Origin: Thermoleophilia bacterium
GTDB taxonomy: Bacteria; Actinomycetota; Thermoleophilia; Gaiellales; Gaiellaceae
Length of the DNA stretch: 64,000 bases
Assembly: GCA_017882615.1 (NCBI GenBank)
Contig: JADGPD010000001.1
Location: 46,531-110,530, forward strand
Reading direction: 5' to 3'
This document shows positions 17,515-28,223 of the stretch, in pieces (the stretch's first letter is position 1; every line of letters begins with the position of its first letter). Below the pieces are notes generated by a model. The model saw only the letters and a program-made list of their open reading frames with translations, searched no databases and had not been told where the DNA came from. The translations under genes and the position numbers were made by a program.

Positions 17515-17933
17515 CAGCTCTCTACCAGCGCGAGAATCCGCGCGGCCAGGATGGCGGCGTTTCGAGCCCCGTCGATGGAGACGGCCGCGACCGGGACGCC
17601 GGGTGGCATCTGGGCGATCGCCAGCAGCGCGTCCATCCCGTCCATTGCGCTCTTCTCGGAGCGAAGCGGTACGCCGATGACCGGCAGCTCGGTGTAGGCG
17701 GCTGCCATTCCGGGCAGCGCCGCGGCCATGCCGGCGCCGCAGATCAGGACCTTCAAGCCGCGGCCGGCGGCGGCGCGGCAGTACTCGGCCACGGCGTCGG
17801 GGGAGCGGTGCGCCGAGCGCACCTCGAGCTCGAAGGCGATGTTGCGGCTATCCAGCTCGTCCAAGCAGGCCTGCATTCGCTCGCGGTCCGACTCCGAGCC
17901 GATCAGCACGCCCACCAGCGGCTGCTCAGGCAT
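17514..17933 (-). CDS. purE: N5-carboxyaminoimidazole ribonucleotide mutase (PurE family)
   Basis: 139 aa with GSESD and SAHRSPD motifs. The motif usually read GAGGAAHLPG is GAGMAAALPG here. 8-nt overlap with purD. Confidence 0.85.
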   Translation of the reverse strand: MPEQPLVGVLIGSESDRERMQACLDELDSRNIAFELEVRSAHRSPDAVAEYCRAAAGRGLKVLICGAGMAAALPGMAAAYTELPVIGVPLRSEKSAMDGMDALLAIAQMPPGVPVAAVSIDGARNAAILAARILALVES

Positions 17934-19158
17934 TTTCGCCCGCCTCTCGTTTTGCCGCTTCCAGAGCGATATCGGTGCGGTAGCGCATCCCTTCCCAGCT
18001 GATCTTCTCGCAGGCCGCGTAGGCCCGCTCGCGCGCCGCGGCGATCGTCGGGCCGAGCGCGCTCACGTTCAGAACTCGTCCTCCGCTCGTCACCAGCGCT
18101 TCGCCGCGCATCGCGGTACCCGCGTGGAATACGACCGCACCGGTCGCCTCGGCCTCGGCGATGCCGCTGATCGGCGAGCCCCTGTCGGAGCTCGCCGGGT
18201 AATCGCCGGCCGCGAGCACCACGGTCACGCAGGCTTCATCCGAGACGTCTAGTTTCACGTCTTCCAGTTCACCGTTCGCGGCCGCGGCGAGCGCCTCGAG
18301 CAGATCGCCCTCGATCCGCGGCACGATCGCCTGCGTCTCGGGATCGCCGAAGCGGACGTTGAACTCGAGCACCTTGATGCCCTCGTCGGTGCGCATCAGG
18401 CCGGCATAGAGAACTCCGATGAAGGGGTGCCCGCGGTCGTTCAACTCGGCCAGCACGGGGCGATGCACCTGCTCGAGAATCGCCTCGACCTCGTCGGGGC
18501 CGATACCCGGCACCGGGGAGTACGAGCCCATGCCGCCGGTGTTCGGGCCCTGGTCGCCGTCGTAGGCGCGCTTGAAATCCTGGGCCGGCGCCAGCGCGAG
18601 GGTCTCCTCGCCGGCGGCCAACACGAGCATCGACAGTTCCTCGCCGACCAAAAGCTCTTCGAACACGGGCTTGCCGGGGAAGCTCTCGACCTCTTTCAGC
18701 GCCCGCGCCAGCGACACGGTGTCGGGGCAGACGAAGACGCCCTTCCCGGCTGCGAGCCCGTCGGCCTTGACCACGCAGGGTGCAACCGGCTCGGAGAGAT
18801 CCTTCGCCGTCGGCACTCCCGCCGCGAGCATCAGCTCCTTGGCGAACGCCTTCGAGCCCTCGAGCATGGCCGCCTCGCGCGCCGGCCCGAAGACGGCGAT
18901 GCCGGCGTGACGAAGCTCGTCGGCCACCCCGGCTACCAGCGGCACCTCTGGCCCGATTACGACCAGGTCGATCGCCAGCGAGTGCGCCAGTGTGAGCAGA
19001 CCTTCGCCGTCGTCGGCGCGCACGGGGTGGCAGTTGCCGAGCGCCGCGATGCCCGGATTTCCCGGCGCGGCGTGCAGCTCGCTCAACTTCAGGCTCTGAG
19101 CGAGTTTCCACGCCAGGGCGTGCTCGCGGCCGCCCGATCCAACGATGAGTACTTTCAT
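17926..19158 (-). CDS. purD: Phosphoribosylamine-glycine ligase
   Basis: 410 aa. MKVLIVGSGGREHALAWKL N-terminus and ATP-grasp body. Confidence 0.95.
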   Translation of the reverse strand: MKVLIVGSGGREHALAWKLAQSLKLSELHAAPGNPGIAALGNCHPVRADDGEGLLTLAHSLAIDLVVIGPEVPLVAGVADELRHAGIAVFGPAREAAMLEGSKAFAKELMLAAGVPTAKDLSEPVAPCVVKADGLAAGKGVFVCPDTVSLARALKEVESFPGKPVFEELLVGEELSMLVLAAGEETLALAPAQDFKRAYDGDQGPNTGGMGSYSPVPGIGPDEVEAILEQVHRPVLAELNDRGHPFIGVLYAGLMRTDEGIKVLEFNVRFGDPETQAIVPRIEGDLLEALAAAANGELEDVKLDVSDEACVTVVLAAGDYPASSDRGSPISGIAEAEATGAVVFHAGTAMRGEALVTSGGRVLNVSALGPTIAAARERAYAACEKISWEGMRYRTDIALEAAKREAGENA

Positions 19159-19191
19159 GCCTAGGGAAATCTAAGCGTTTCTTCGGTCGCC

Positions 19192-20115
19192 GTGGCGGAT
19201 AGCCTGGAGCGGATGCTCAAGCTCGTCTCGCTCCTCGCCTCTCTCCTGGTCGGTCTCGCGCTGCAGCGCCTGCGCTCGCAGGAACGTCTGCGCGACCTGA
19301 TCTGGATCTCCAGCTTCTGGCTTGTGATCCCGGTGCTGGTTTTCTCGACCTTCCTCACCATCTCGCTCACGAGCAGGCTCGGGCTCTCGGTCGCGGCTGT
19401 GATCGCGAGCACCTGGACGATGGTCGGGCTGAGCTTTCTCTACGGCCGCCTGGTCAGCAAGGAGCGAGACGAGCAGGGCGCGCTGACGCTCGGCGGCGCA
19501 GTAGGCAACACCGGCTTCATCGGCTACCCGCTCGCTCAGCTCGCCTTTGGCCACACCGGCCTCACCCAGGCGGTCGTCTACGACCAGCTCTCGTTCGGGG
19601 TGCCGATGTCCTCGGTGTCGGTGGTGATCGGGCGCCTGTTCGGCAAGCGGCAGGTCGACACGTCGGGGCGCTCGCGCCTGGCCGTGGTCCTGCTCAACCC
19701 GCCGCTCTGGGCGCTGGCCCTCGCGCTCGTGCTGCGGCTTGCCGGCGTCCACATTCCCCACATCGGACGGGTCGAGAACGTAGCCGCGGCGTTAATCGGC
19801 CCGCTCGGGTTTCTCATGCTCGGCGTCTCCTTGCCGCTCGTGGCGATCGAGCACGATCTGCTCGAGGTGGCCCGCGCGACCGGGGCGATGGTGATCAAGA
19901 TCGGCGTTGGCCCGCTCGTCCTACTCGTCGTCGGCGCGGCCATCGGCGCCCACATTCCCTCGACGTACTACCTGCTCGCCGCGATGCCGCCGGCCTTCCA
20001 CCTGCTCACGATCGCCCGCATCTACGACATGCGCCCGGCGCTGATGCGCCTGATGGTGGTGGCGGCGACGATCCCGGTGGTCATCGCGGTCGTGGTCGGG
20101 TCGTACGTCTTCTAG
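19192..20115 (+). CDS. AEC (auxin efflux carrier) family transporter
   Basis: 307 aa, about 10 TM, with GNTGFIGYPL and PPAFHLLTIA segments typical of the AEC/membrane transport protein family. GTG start. Confidence 0.7.
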   Translation: MADSLERMLKLVSLLASLLVGLALQRLRSQERLRDLIWISSFWLVIPVLVFSTFLTISLTSRLGLSVAAVIASTWTMVGLSFLYGRLVSKERDEQGALTLGGAVGNTGFIGYPLAQLAFGHTGLTQAVVYDQLSFGVPMSSVSVVIGRLFGKRQVDTSGRSRLAVVLLNPPLWALALALVLRLAGVHIPHIGRVENVAAALIGPLGFLMLGVSLPLVAIEHDLLEVARATGAMVIKIGVGPLVLLVVGAAIGAHIPSTYYLLAAMPPAFHLLTIARIYDMRPALMRLMVVAATIPVVIAVVVGSYVF

Positions 20116-20125
20116 GAGACGGGCG

Positions 20126-21418
<1,293 letters not shown>

Positions 21419-21550
21419 GAGCGAGAGTTTGCCTGAACGGTCGGCGGGCGGCGCGATCGAGCCGATGGCTTCGGCTTTAGATCCTCCGTTTGCGATGCTG
21501 GTCGCGGTGATCGCGCTCACTGCGTGGAGGCTTGGGAGCCGAAGGATCCA

Positions 21551-21574
21551 GTAACGAGGCTGCAAATCGACGTT
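21551..21574 (+). promoter_or_regulatory. Candidate ECF-type promoter (GTAAC-N15-CGTT)
   Basis: AAC and CGT elements 33 nt upstream of the ECF sigma ATG. The spacing is one nt shorter than the usual N16, so this is weak. Confidence 0.25.
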
Positions 21575-21606
21575 GCACATCTGCTTCGATAAACCAAGAA
21601 GTAACG

Positions 21607-22209
21607 ATGGATAACAACAGCCAAAGCAACGAACAGTTTCACCGGATCGCAACCGACCCGCATGCCTTCGAGATCTTCTATCGCGCTCACTTCGGACGAG
21701 TCGTCGACTTTGTAGCCCGTCGCTGCGCCTCTCCAGAGGACGTCGCGGACATCGTCGCCGACGTCTTTGTCGAGGCCATCCGCTCCGCAGAGCGATTCGA
21801 TCCGTCCCGGGGAGAACCTTTCGCTTGGCTCCTTGGAATCGCTTCGAATCTGATGTCGTCGTCGTGGCGAGCCCAACGCCGGCGGCGCGCGCTAGTGGTT
21901 GTCCTTCTAGGTCGGGAGCTGCTTGCGAACGACGACTACACGTGGCTCGAGGACCGCGTCGACGCTGCGCGGCTCGCTCCTGCTGCGGAGCGCGCACTTG
22001 GTCGCCTCTCCGACCTGGAGCGATCGGTTGTCGAGTTGGTGGACATCGAAGGATTCTCGACGGTAGAAGCTGCAAGCACGCTGGGCATCAGACCGGCAAG
22101 CGCGCGAATGAGGCTTACGCGCGCCCGTCGAAGGCTCCGCCGCGACCTGGACGTCGCCGGTGAAAAGACCGTGTCGCTGGCTTTGTCACAAAGGGGAGAG
22201 AGCTCATGA
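21607..22209 (+). CDS. RNA polymerase sigma-70 factor, ECF subfamily
   Basis: 200 aa from MDNNSQ. Region 2 (FYRAHFGRVVDFVARR, DVFVEA) and region 4 (LSDLERSVVELVDIEGFSTVEAASTLGIRPASARMRLTRARRRL). Confidence 0.88.
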   Translation: MDNNSQSNEQFHRIATDPHAFEIFYRAHFGRVVDFVARRCASPEDVADIVADVFVEAIRSAERFDPSRGEPFAWLLGIASNLMSSSWRAQRRRRALVVVLLGRELLANDDYTWLEDRVDAARLAPAAERALGRLSDLERSVVELVDIEGFSTVEAASTLGIRPASARMRLTRARRRLRRDLDVAGEKTVSLALSQRGESS

Positions 22210-22865
22210 ACGAGACGTCGCAAGACTCAACTGCGAACTTCGGATTCGAGCAGCGTCTTCTCGGAGAGCTCCGCCTACTGGTCTCGGACGGCGCTCTCAG
22301 ACGACGCGACAAGAAGCGGCGTCAGCCACGATTTACCCGCCGTCCCGCATTTGCGGTTCTCGCGGCCCTGTTGCTCTTGATCGTTATCGGCGGGACGGTC
22401 TCTATCGCCGCTGGGCGCTTGCCGTTCGTCGATCGAGAAAAGAGCGACATTGTCAACCGTCTAGCGCACCGGCAGCACATCGGTCCAGAAGTGGCGTCGG
22501 TGGGGCCGTGGAAGCTCTTTGCCGCTCCGAGCACTCACCCCGGTTGGATCAATTTGGAGATTTGGTCGGCGGATGAGCAGGCGATCGGCGGCATCAAGGC
22601 GAATAACCCACTAGCGGTCTCGGAAGCGAGCGGCAGTTCGACGGCGTTGTTATACGGTCACGTGGATCCCGATCGCGTCGCCATGTTGAAGCTCAAGATC
22701 GGAGACTCCGAGAGGCGCGTTCTGCTGAGTTCCTCGGGCTACTTCATCGAGTCACTCGCACTCGAGCCGTCCGACGTCTCCACGATCGCGCAGGGAAACG
22801 CTCGGCTCGTTGCCCTCAGTGAGAACGGCGACGTGGTGAGGACATACCAACTTTCCGGGCCGTAG
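22206..22865 (+). CDS. Sigma-associated single-pass membrane protein (putative anti-sigma factor)
   Basis: 219 aa. ATGA overlap with the ECF sigma stop and one TM helix (AFAVLAALLLLIVIGG). No zinc anti-sigma motif, so the function is inferred from position only. Confidence 0.45.
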   Translation: MNETSQDSTANFGFEQRLLGELRLLVSDGALRRRDKKRRQPRFTRRPAFAVLAALLLLIVIGGTVSIAAGRLPFVDREKSDIVNRLAHRQHIGPEVASVGPWKLFAAPSTHPGWINLEIWSADEQAIGGIKANNPLAVSEASGSSTALLYGHVDPDRVAMLKLKIGDSERRVLLSSSGYFIESLALEPSDVSTIAQGNARLVALSENGDVVRTYQLSGP

Positions 22866-22891
22866 TACGAAGCCCGCAGTCGGGAGGATCT

Positions 22892-23113
22892 CTACGCGGC
22901 TCTGCGGCCGGCGCTGGTGCGCACGAGCTCGAAGGCGTGACCGTGCGGGCAGGTGGCTTCTTCACGCACGCGCGAGAGTGGAAGCTCGCCCTCTAGCACG
23001 GTTGCGTAGCGGCCTTCCTTGGGTGAGCACTCCGCCAGGCAGGCCTCGCAGAGCACGGTGAAGCGTACGACGCCGGGGCCGAGCCAAACAGTCTGCTTCA
23101 TATCCGTCGTCAT
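22892..23113 (-). CDS. Small Cys/His-containing hypothetical protein
   Basis: 73 aa with CEACLAEC and CPHGH clusters, on the same strand as dnaB and 108 bp downstream of it. Confidence 0.45.
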   Translation of the reverse strand: MTTDMKQTVWLGPGVVRFTVLCEACLAECSPKEGRYATVLEGELPLSRVREEATCPHGHAFELVRTSAGRRAA

Positions 23114-23221
23114 CTCCCCCTCCCGTCTCGAGCCGCGGAATAGTTCATTGTCCGTTCGCGGTCGGACGTGCTTACCCTCCCTTCCGTAGGCGCGAAACTC
23201 GATCGGCGCCCCGAAGCACGG

Positions 23222-24571
23222 TTACCCCGCCGCCAGATCTGCGAATTTGGCGTAGCGCTTGAGGAAAGAGAGCTTGACCGTGTCGGTGGGGCCGTTGCGG
23301 TGTTTGGCCACGATCACCTCGGCCAGTCCCTGCTGGTCCGACTCGTCGTTGTAGTACTCGTCGCGGTAGATGAAGCCGACGATGTCGGCGTCCTGCTCGA
23401 TCGCGCCGGACTCGCGCAGGTCGGAAAGGATCGGGCGCTTGTCGGAGCGCTGCTCGACCGCGCGCGAGAGCTGCGAGAGGGCGACGATCGGCACCTCGAG
23501 GTCGCGCGCCAGAATTTTCAGGTTGCGCGAGATCGCCGAGACTTCCTGGACGCGGTTCTCGACCGAGGCGCCGGAGGTCATCAGCTGCAGGTAGTCGACG
23601 ATGACAAGACCGAGATTGGGAACCCGCGCCTTCAGGCGCCGGGCCTTGGAGCGAATCTCCATCATCGTGATCGAGCCGGTGTCGTCGACGTAGATCGGAG
23701 CACGCGCCAGCTTGTCGCAGGCCGCCGTCAAGCGGGGCCAGTCCTCCGGCGAGAGCTTGCCCGAGCGAAGCTTCTGCGACTCGACCTTGGCCTCGCTGCA
23801 CATCAGGCGCTGCGTCACCTCGGCCTTGGACATCTCGAGCGTGAACAGCGCCACCGGGATGTTCAGGCGCACGCCCATGTTGGCGGCCATGCACAGCGCG
23901 AGCGCCGATTTCCCCATCGACGGCCGAGCGGCGATGATGACCAGGTTCCCGGGCTGGAAGCCGGAGGTGATGCGGTCGATATCGCGGAAGCCCGAGGCGA
24001 CGCCGGTGATCTCGACGCCCGCTTCGTAGAGCGCCGTGATTCGCTCGAAGCTTTCCTTGAGCAGCTGCTCGATGTGGCTGAACTCGCTCGAGACGCGGTC
24101 CTGCGAAATGGCGAAGATGATCTGCTCGGCGCGATCGACCAGCTCGGCCACCTCGCCGGGGCGGTCGTAGCCGAGGGTTGCGATCTCCTGGCCACAGGTG
24201 ATCAGCCCGCGCAGGGTCGCCATCTCGTGGACGATGCGGGCGTAGTGTCCAGCGTTGGCGCTCGCAGGAACCAGAGCTGCAAGCTCGTGGATCCGCGAGC
24301 GCCCGCCTACGCCCTCCAGCTCGCCGAGCTTGTCCAGCTCGTCGGTGAGAGTGATTGCGTCGACCGGCTCGCCTCTTCCATAGAGAGCGAGTGCCGCCCG
24401 GTAGACGCGCCCATGGCTCTGCCGGTAGAAGTCCTCCGCCCTGCAGATCTCCGAGACCGCTCCAATCGCGCCGGGCGCAAGCAGCATCGCTCCGAGGACG
24501 TACTCCTCAGCTTCGACATTCTGCGGCGGCACGCGCGCAGGCTCGACAAGACTGACGGCAGCGGACGTCAT
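23222..24571 (-). CDS. dnaB: Replicative DNA helicase DnaB
   Basis: 449 aa with PPQNVEAEEYVLGAML N-terminal signature, Walker A GARPSMGKSA, and SQLSRAVE. No intein. Confidence 0.95.
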   Translation of the reverse strand: MTSAAVSLVEPARVPPQNVEAEEYVLGAMLLAPGAIGAVSEICRAEDFYRQSHGRVYRAALALYGRGEPVDAITLTDELDKLGELEGVGGRSRIHELAALVPASANAGHYARIVHEMATLRGLITCGQEIATLGYDRPGEVAELVDRAEQIIFAISQDRVSSEFSHIEQLLKESFERITALYEAGVEITGVASGFRDIDRITSGFQPGNLVIIAARPSMGKSALALCMAANMGVRLNIPVALFTLEMSKAEVTQRLMCSEAKVESQKLRSGKLSPEDWPRLTAACDKLARAPIYVDDTGSITMMEIRSKARRLKARVPNLGLVIVDYLQLMTSGASVENRVQEVSAISRNLKILARDLEVPIVALSQLSRAVEQRSDKRPILSDLRESGAIEQDADIVGFIYRDEYYNDESDQQGLAEVIVAKHRNGPTDTVKLSFLKRYAKFADLAAG

Positions 24572-24616
24572 GCGCTCATCCTCGTCTCGACCGCGAAGCC
24601 TGTAAAACCCCTGCGG

Positions 24617-24625
24617 TTATCCATA
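24617..24625. promoter_or_regulatory. DnaA-box-like 9-mer TTATCCATA
   Basis: One mismatch to TTATCCACA, in the AT-richer intergenic region upstream of dnaB. A second, weaker copy, TTATCCCCG, lies at 24737-24745. Confidence 0.25.
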
Positions 24626-24849
24626 GCGTGTTGAAAAGAGACATGTCCAAAGTAGCTGGAAAGGGTAGTAAAGCACGAACACGCGTTCGCTGTCCATTCT
24701 GAACGAAGAAGGCGTTTCCCACAAGCCGGTTGCGAGTTATCCCCGGATGGAGGGCGTTTTGGGGAGAAAGCGTCGTTTCGGGGGAAAATGATTTAGCCGC
24801 ATTTTGCGGAAGTTTTGTTCGTCGAAGCTCGTTCGCCGATTGCTCCGCT

Positions 24850-25677
24850 CTACCGGAGCAATCGGGAAAGACGGCGATCGGCGAGCTTTCGTCCTCCCGT
24901 TTGGCAGCGCGGGCAGTAGAAGATCGTGTGCTCCTCGAAGGCGATGCGCGCTATCGGGGTCGCGCAGACGTGGCAAGGCAGGCCGAGCTTGCCGTGCACG
25001 CGGTAGACAACCTCGTTCGCGAGCCCCTGTTCGCGTAGCTCGAGCCCGCGCTCGAGCTCTGACCCGATCGCAGCGGCGAGGCGATCGAGCGCTTCGGCGT
25101 CGAGCTCGGCGGCCAGGGCGAAGGGCGACAGGCGGGCGGTATGCAGGATCTCGTTCGCCCAGGCGCGTCCGATGCCCGCGAGCACGCGCTGGTCGCGCAG
25201 AAAGCCGTGTAGGCGCCGGCGCTCTCCCTTGCAGAGGTCGGCCAGCGTCGCCCGCTCGAGCCCGAGCGCGTCGGGCCCGAGATGCGCCAGTTCCCGCTCG
25301 GCCATCTCCGTCGTGAGCAGCCAGACGCCCGCCCGCTTGCGTTTGCCCGGCTCGGTCAGGATCAGCCTGGCTCCACCGGCGAAGCTGAGCTGGAAGGCCG
25401 GCGCCGCGGGACCGCGCTTTCCCGCCGCGAGCATGCGTAGGCGCCCGGCGCTCATCAAGTGCACCATCAGCACCAGCTCGCCGTCATCGGTGGGGAAGAG
25501 CAACCGCTTTCCGCGCCGGCGAGCTCCGGCGAGGCGGCCACCCTCGAGCGCCTGAAGTGGTGGCTCGACTGTCTTCAGAGTCGCCAGATGGGCCGGGCCG
25601 GCCTGCTCGATTGGCGCGGCGGAGACCGGCTCGTCGAGGGAGCGGCGAAGCGCTTCCATTTCCGGGAGCTCGGGCAA
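24850..25677 (-). CDS. Fpg/Nei family DNA glycosylase/AP lyase
   Basis: A TTG at 25677 yields the canonical N-terminus (M)PELPEME with Pro2/Glu3. C-terminal zinc finger C..C-x16-CPRCQ. The 333-aa track ORF extension was rejected. Confidence 0.85.
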   Translation of the reverse strand: MPELPEMEALRRSLDEPVSAAPIEQAGPAHLATLKTVEPPLQALEGGRLAGARRRGKRLLFPTDDGELVLMVHLMSAGRLRMLAAGKRGPAAPAFQLSFAGGARLILTEPGKRKRAGVWLLTTEMAERELAHLGPDALGLERATLADLCKGERRRLHGFLRDQRVLAGIGRAWANEILHTARLSPFALAAELDAEALDRLAAAIGSELERGLELREQGLANEVVYRVHGKLGLPCHVCATPIARIAFEEHTIFYCPRCQTGGRKLADRRLSRLLR

Positions 25678-25800
25678 TTCCGTTTGCGAGCCTAGCGGGT
25701 ATTTCCCTGCTCGTGGGCCGTTGCCAAAAGACGTGTTGACAAAGACCCGAAGATCGGTTTTCTTGTGCGCGTGCCCGGATAACGTCGGGCGGCAGCAAAC

Positions 25801-25829
25801 GAGCCGGGGCCAGGAAGGCCGGCTCTTTT
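25801..25829 (+). terminator. Terminator-like hairpin plus TTTT in the rpoD leader region
   Basis: GAGCCGG...CCGGCTC stem (7 bp plus an inner CC/GG pair) followed by TTTTC, 50 nt upstream of the rpoD ATG. No upstream plus-strand gene exists for it to terminate. Confidence 0.3.
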
Positions 25830-25878
25830 CATATCTGGTCGCGGAACCCATCCCCAGCGCGAGAGAAAGCCGAGGTCA

Positions 25879-26976
<1,098 letters not shown>

Positions 26977-26980
26977 TTCT

Positions 26981-27023
26981 CCGCGAAAAGTCGGCCGGCG
27001 AAGCCGGCTATGACTTTTCGCGG
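26981..27023 (+). terminator. Long compound hairpin after rpoD (member of the GAAAGTC/GACTTTC repeat family)
   Basis: CCGCGAAAAGTC-G-GCCGGC-GAA-GCCGGC-TAT-GACTTTTCGCGG, starting 5 nt after the rpoD TAG and followed by TATTTCC. Confidence 0.6.
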
Positions 27024-27148
27024 TATTTCCTTGGCGTACGAGTCGGCGCGCCTTCGGCGCGTGTACCTCGTCTGCTCCTACAAGCGGGGCGGGCTGGCCT
27101 TAGGTGTGGTCAGTGTTCGTGGTGGATTGGACCTGCGGATGGCGTTTG

Positions 27149-27266
27149 TGAGCCGCAGCCGCGCATGTCGGCTGCGGCGGCCTGGAACAAAGCCACTTTC
27201 CACCGACGAAAGTCGCCAGACTTTTGTCGGCTAAGCCGCGCCCGCGCATGTCGGTCGCGGCGGCCG
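27149..27266. repeat. Intergenic palindromic repeat cluster (two GCCGC..CGCATGTCGG..GCGGCGGCC modules flanking a CCGACGAAAGTC-GCCA-GACTTTTGTCGG hairpin)
   Basis: Read directly. The reverse complement of 27234-27266 (GGCCGCCGCGACCGACATGCGCGGGCGCGGCT) nearly matches 49736-49768 (GGCCGCCGCGACCGGCATGACGGGCGCGGCT). Confidence 0.7.
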
Positions 27267-27280
27267 AAAAAGCCTGGCGC

Positions 27281-28135
27281 CTAGAACGGAAACGGCTTGC
27301 GCGCCAGAGCGCAGAGAACCTGTGCCGTCACCCAGGCGGGCGTGGTGACGTAGCGGGCGCTGTAGCGGAAGCTGCCGTCGCCGCGCTGGAGGTTTTTCAG
27401 GTAGCGGAAGGGCGCCATGCCGGGGTCATTGCGGGCCGCCACGAGAGCCTGGATCGCCCAGGCCGTCGACTGGGCGTCGGAGTCGGCGCCGGGCGAGACG
27501 GCGAAGCCGCCGTCTTTGTTCCGGCAACGGCGCAGGTAGCGGACGGCGCGGTTGACCGGCGCCGAGCGAGCGCTGGCGCCGGCGGCACGCAGGGCCTGGA
27601 TGGCGGCGGCGGTGTCGCCGGCGTCGGAGGCGGCGCGCGGGCTCCACGACCAGCCGCCGTCCTTGCGCTGGGCGCTCAGGATGTAGTGAACAGTCGCCTT
27701 AATGGGCTTTCGCCCTGCGGCGCGGAGTGCGAGCACGCCCCAGTAGGTCGAGTTGAGCGCCGGCCCGATGCGCCCATCAGGACGGCGAAGCTGCTCGATC
27801 TGATCGGCGAGCCTGGAAACGTCGTGGCCGAGCGTGGCCTGGGCGAGCAGGTTCAGCTCCAGATCGGTCGCTTGCGACGCCGGCGCCTGCGCCAGATAGT
27901 CGGCGGCCGCCTGCGGCTGCGCGAGAGTCTTCCCGCTCGCCTTCAGGCCGAGCACGCTCCAGGCCGTCAGCCCGGCGCTCGAGGCGGCGCCCGGCTCGGC
28001 GAAACCGCCGCCCGATTGCTGGCGCGCGAGCAAATAGGAGGCGCCGCGTCCGAGCGGGCTCGCCGCCGAGCAGGTCGAGGCAAGCGCGAGCGCAAGCAAG
28101 AAAGCCAGAAGGAGAGTGCGCCGGCGCCTGTCCAC
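27281..28135 (-). CDS. Secreted prenyltransferase/squalene-oxidase-repeat (alpha/alpha toroid) protein
   Basis: 284 aa. Signal peptide (RRRTLLLAFLLALALAS) and five spaced repeats of the Q/R-x-x-(D/G)GGF/W type (QQSGGGF, RRPDGRIG, QRKDGGWSW, RNKDGGF, QRGDGSF). Confidence 0.7.
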   Translation of the reverse strand: MDRRRRTLLLAFLLALALASTCSAASPLGRGASYLLARQQSGGGFAEPGAASSAGLTAWSVLGLKASGKTLAQPQAAADYLAQAPASQATDLELNLLAQATLGHDVSRLADQIEQLRRPDGRIGPALNSTYWGVLALRAAGRKPIKATVHYILSAQRKDGGWSWSPRAASDAGDTAAAIQALRAAGASARSAPVNRAVRYLRRCRNKDGGFAVSPGADSDAQSTAWAIQALVAARNDPGMAPFRYLKNLQRGDGSFRYSARYVTTPAWVTAQVLCALARKPFPF

Positions 28136-28207
28136 GAGGCGGCGAGCCTAGCAGCGAGGGACGCCGGAACGATCCCCGCTGCAGCCCAAGACGCAACTAG
28201 ATAGTTT

Positions 28208-28223
28208 TTGCGACTCGTTCGCA
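28208..28223. promoter_or_regulatory. Candidate Fur-family operator, imperfect dyad TTGCGA-CTCGT-TCGCA
   Basis: The only dyad in the AT-richer divergent intergenic region (28136-28253), 30 nt upstream of the fur-family TTG start. Short and imperfect. Confidence 0.25.

Noticed and set aside
24572-24849. Chromosomal origin of replication (oriC)
   Set aside because: There are only two decent DnaA-box-like 9-mers, no obvious AT-rich 13-mer-type unwinding element, and no adjacent dnaA/dnaN. It is reported only as a possible DnaA-responsive region.
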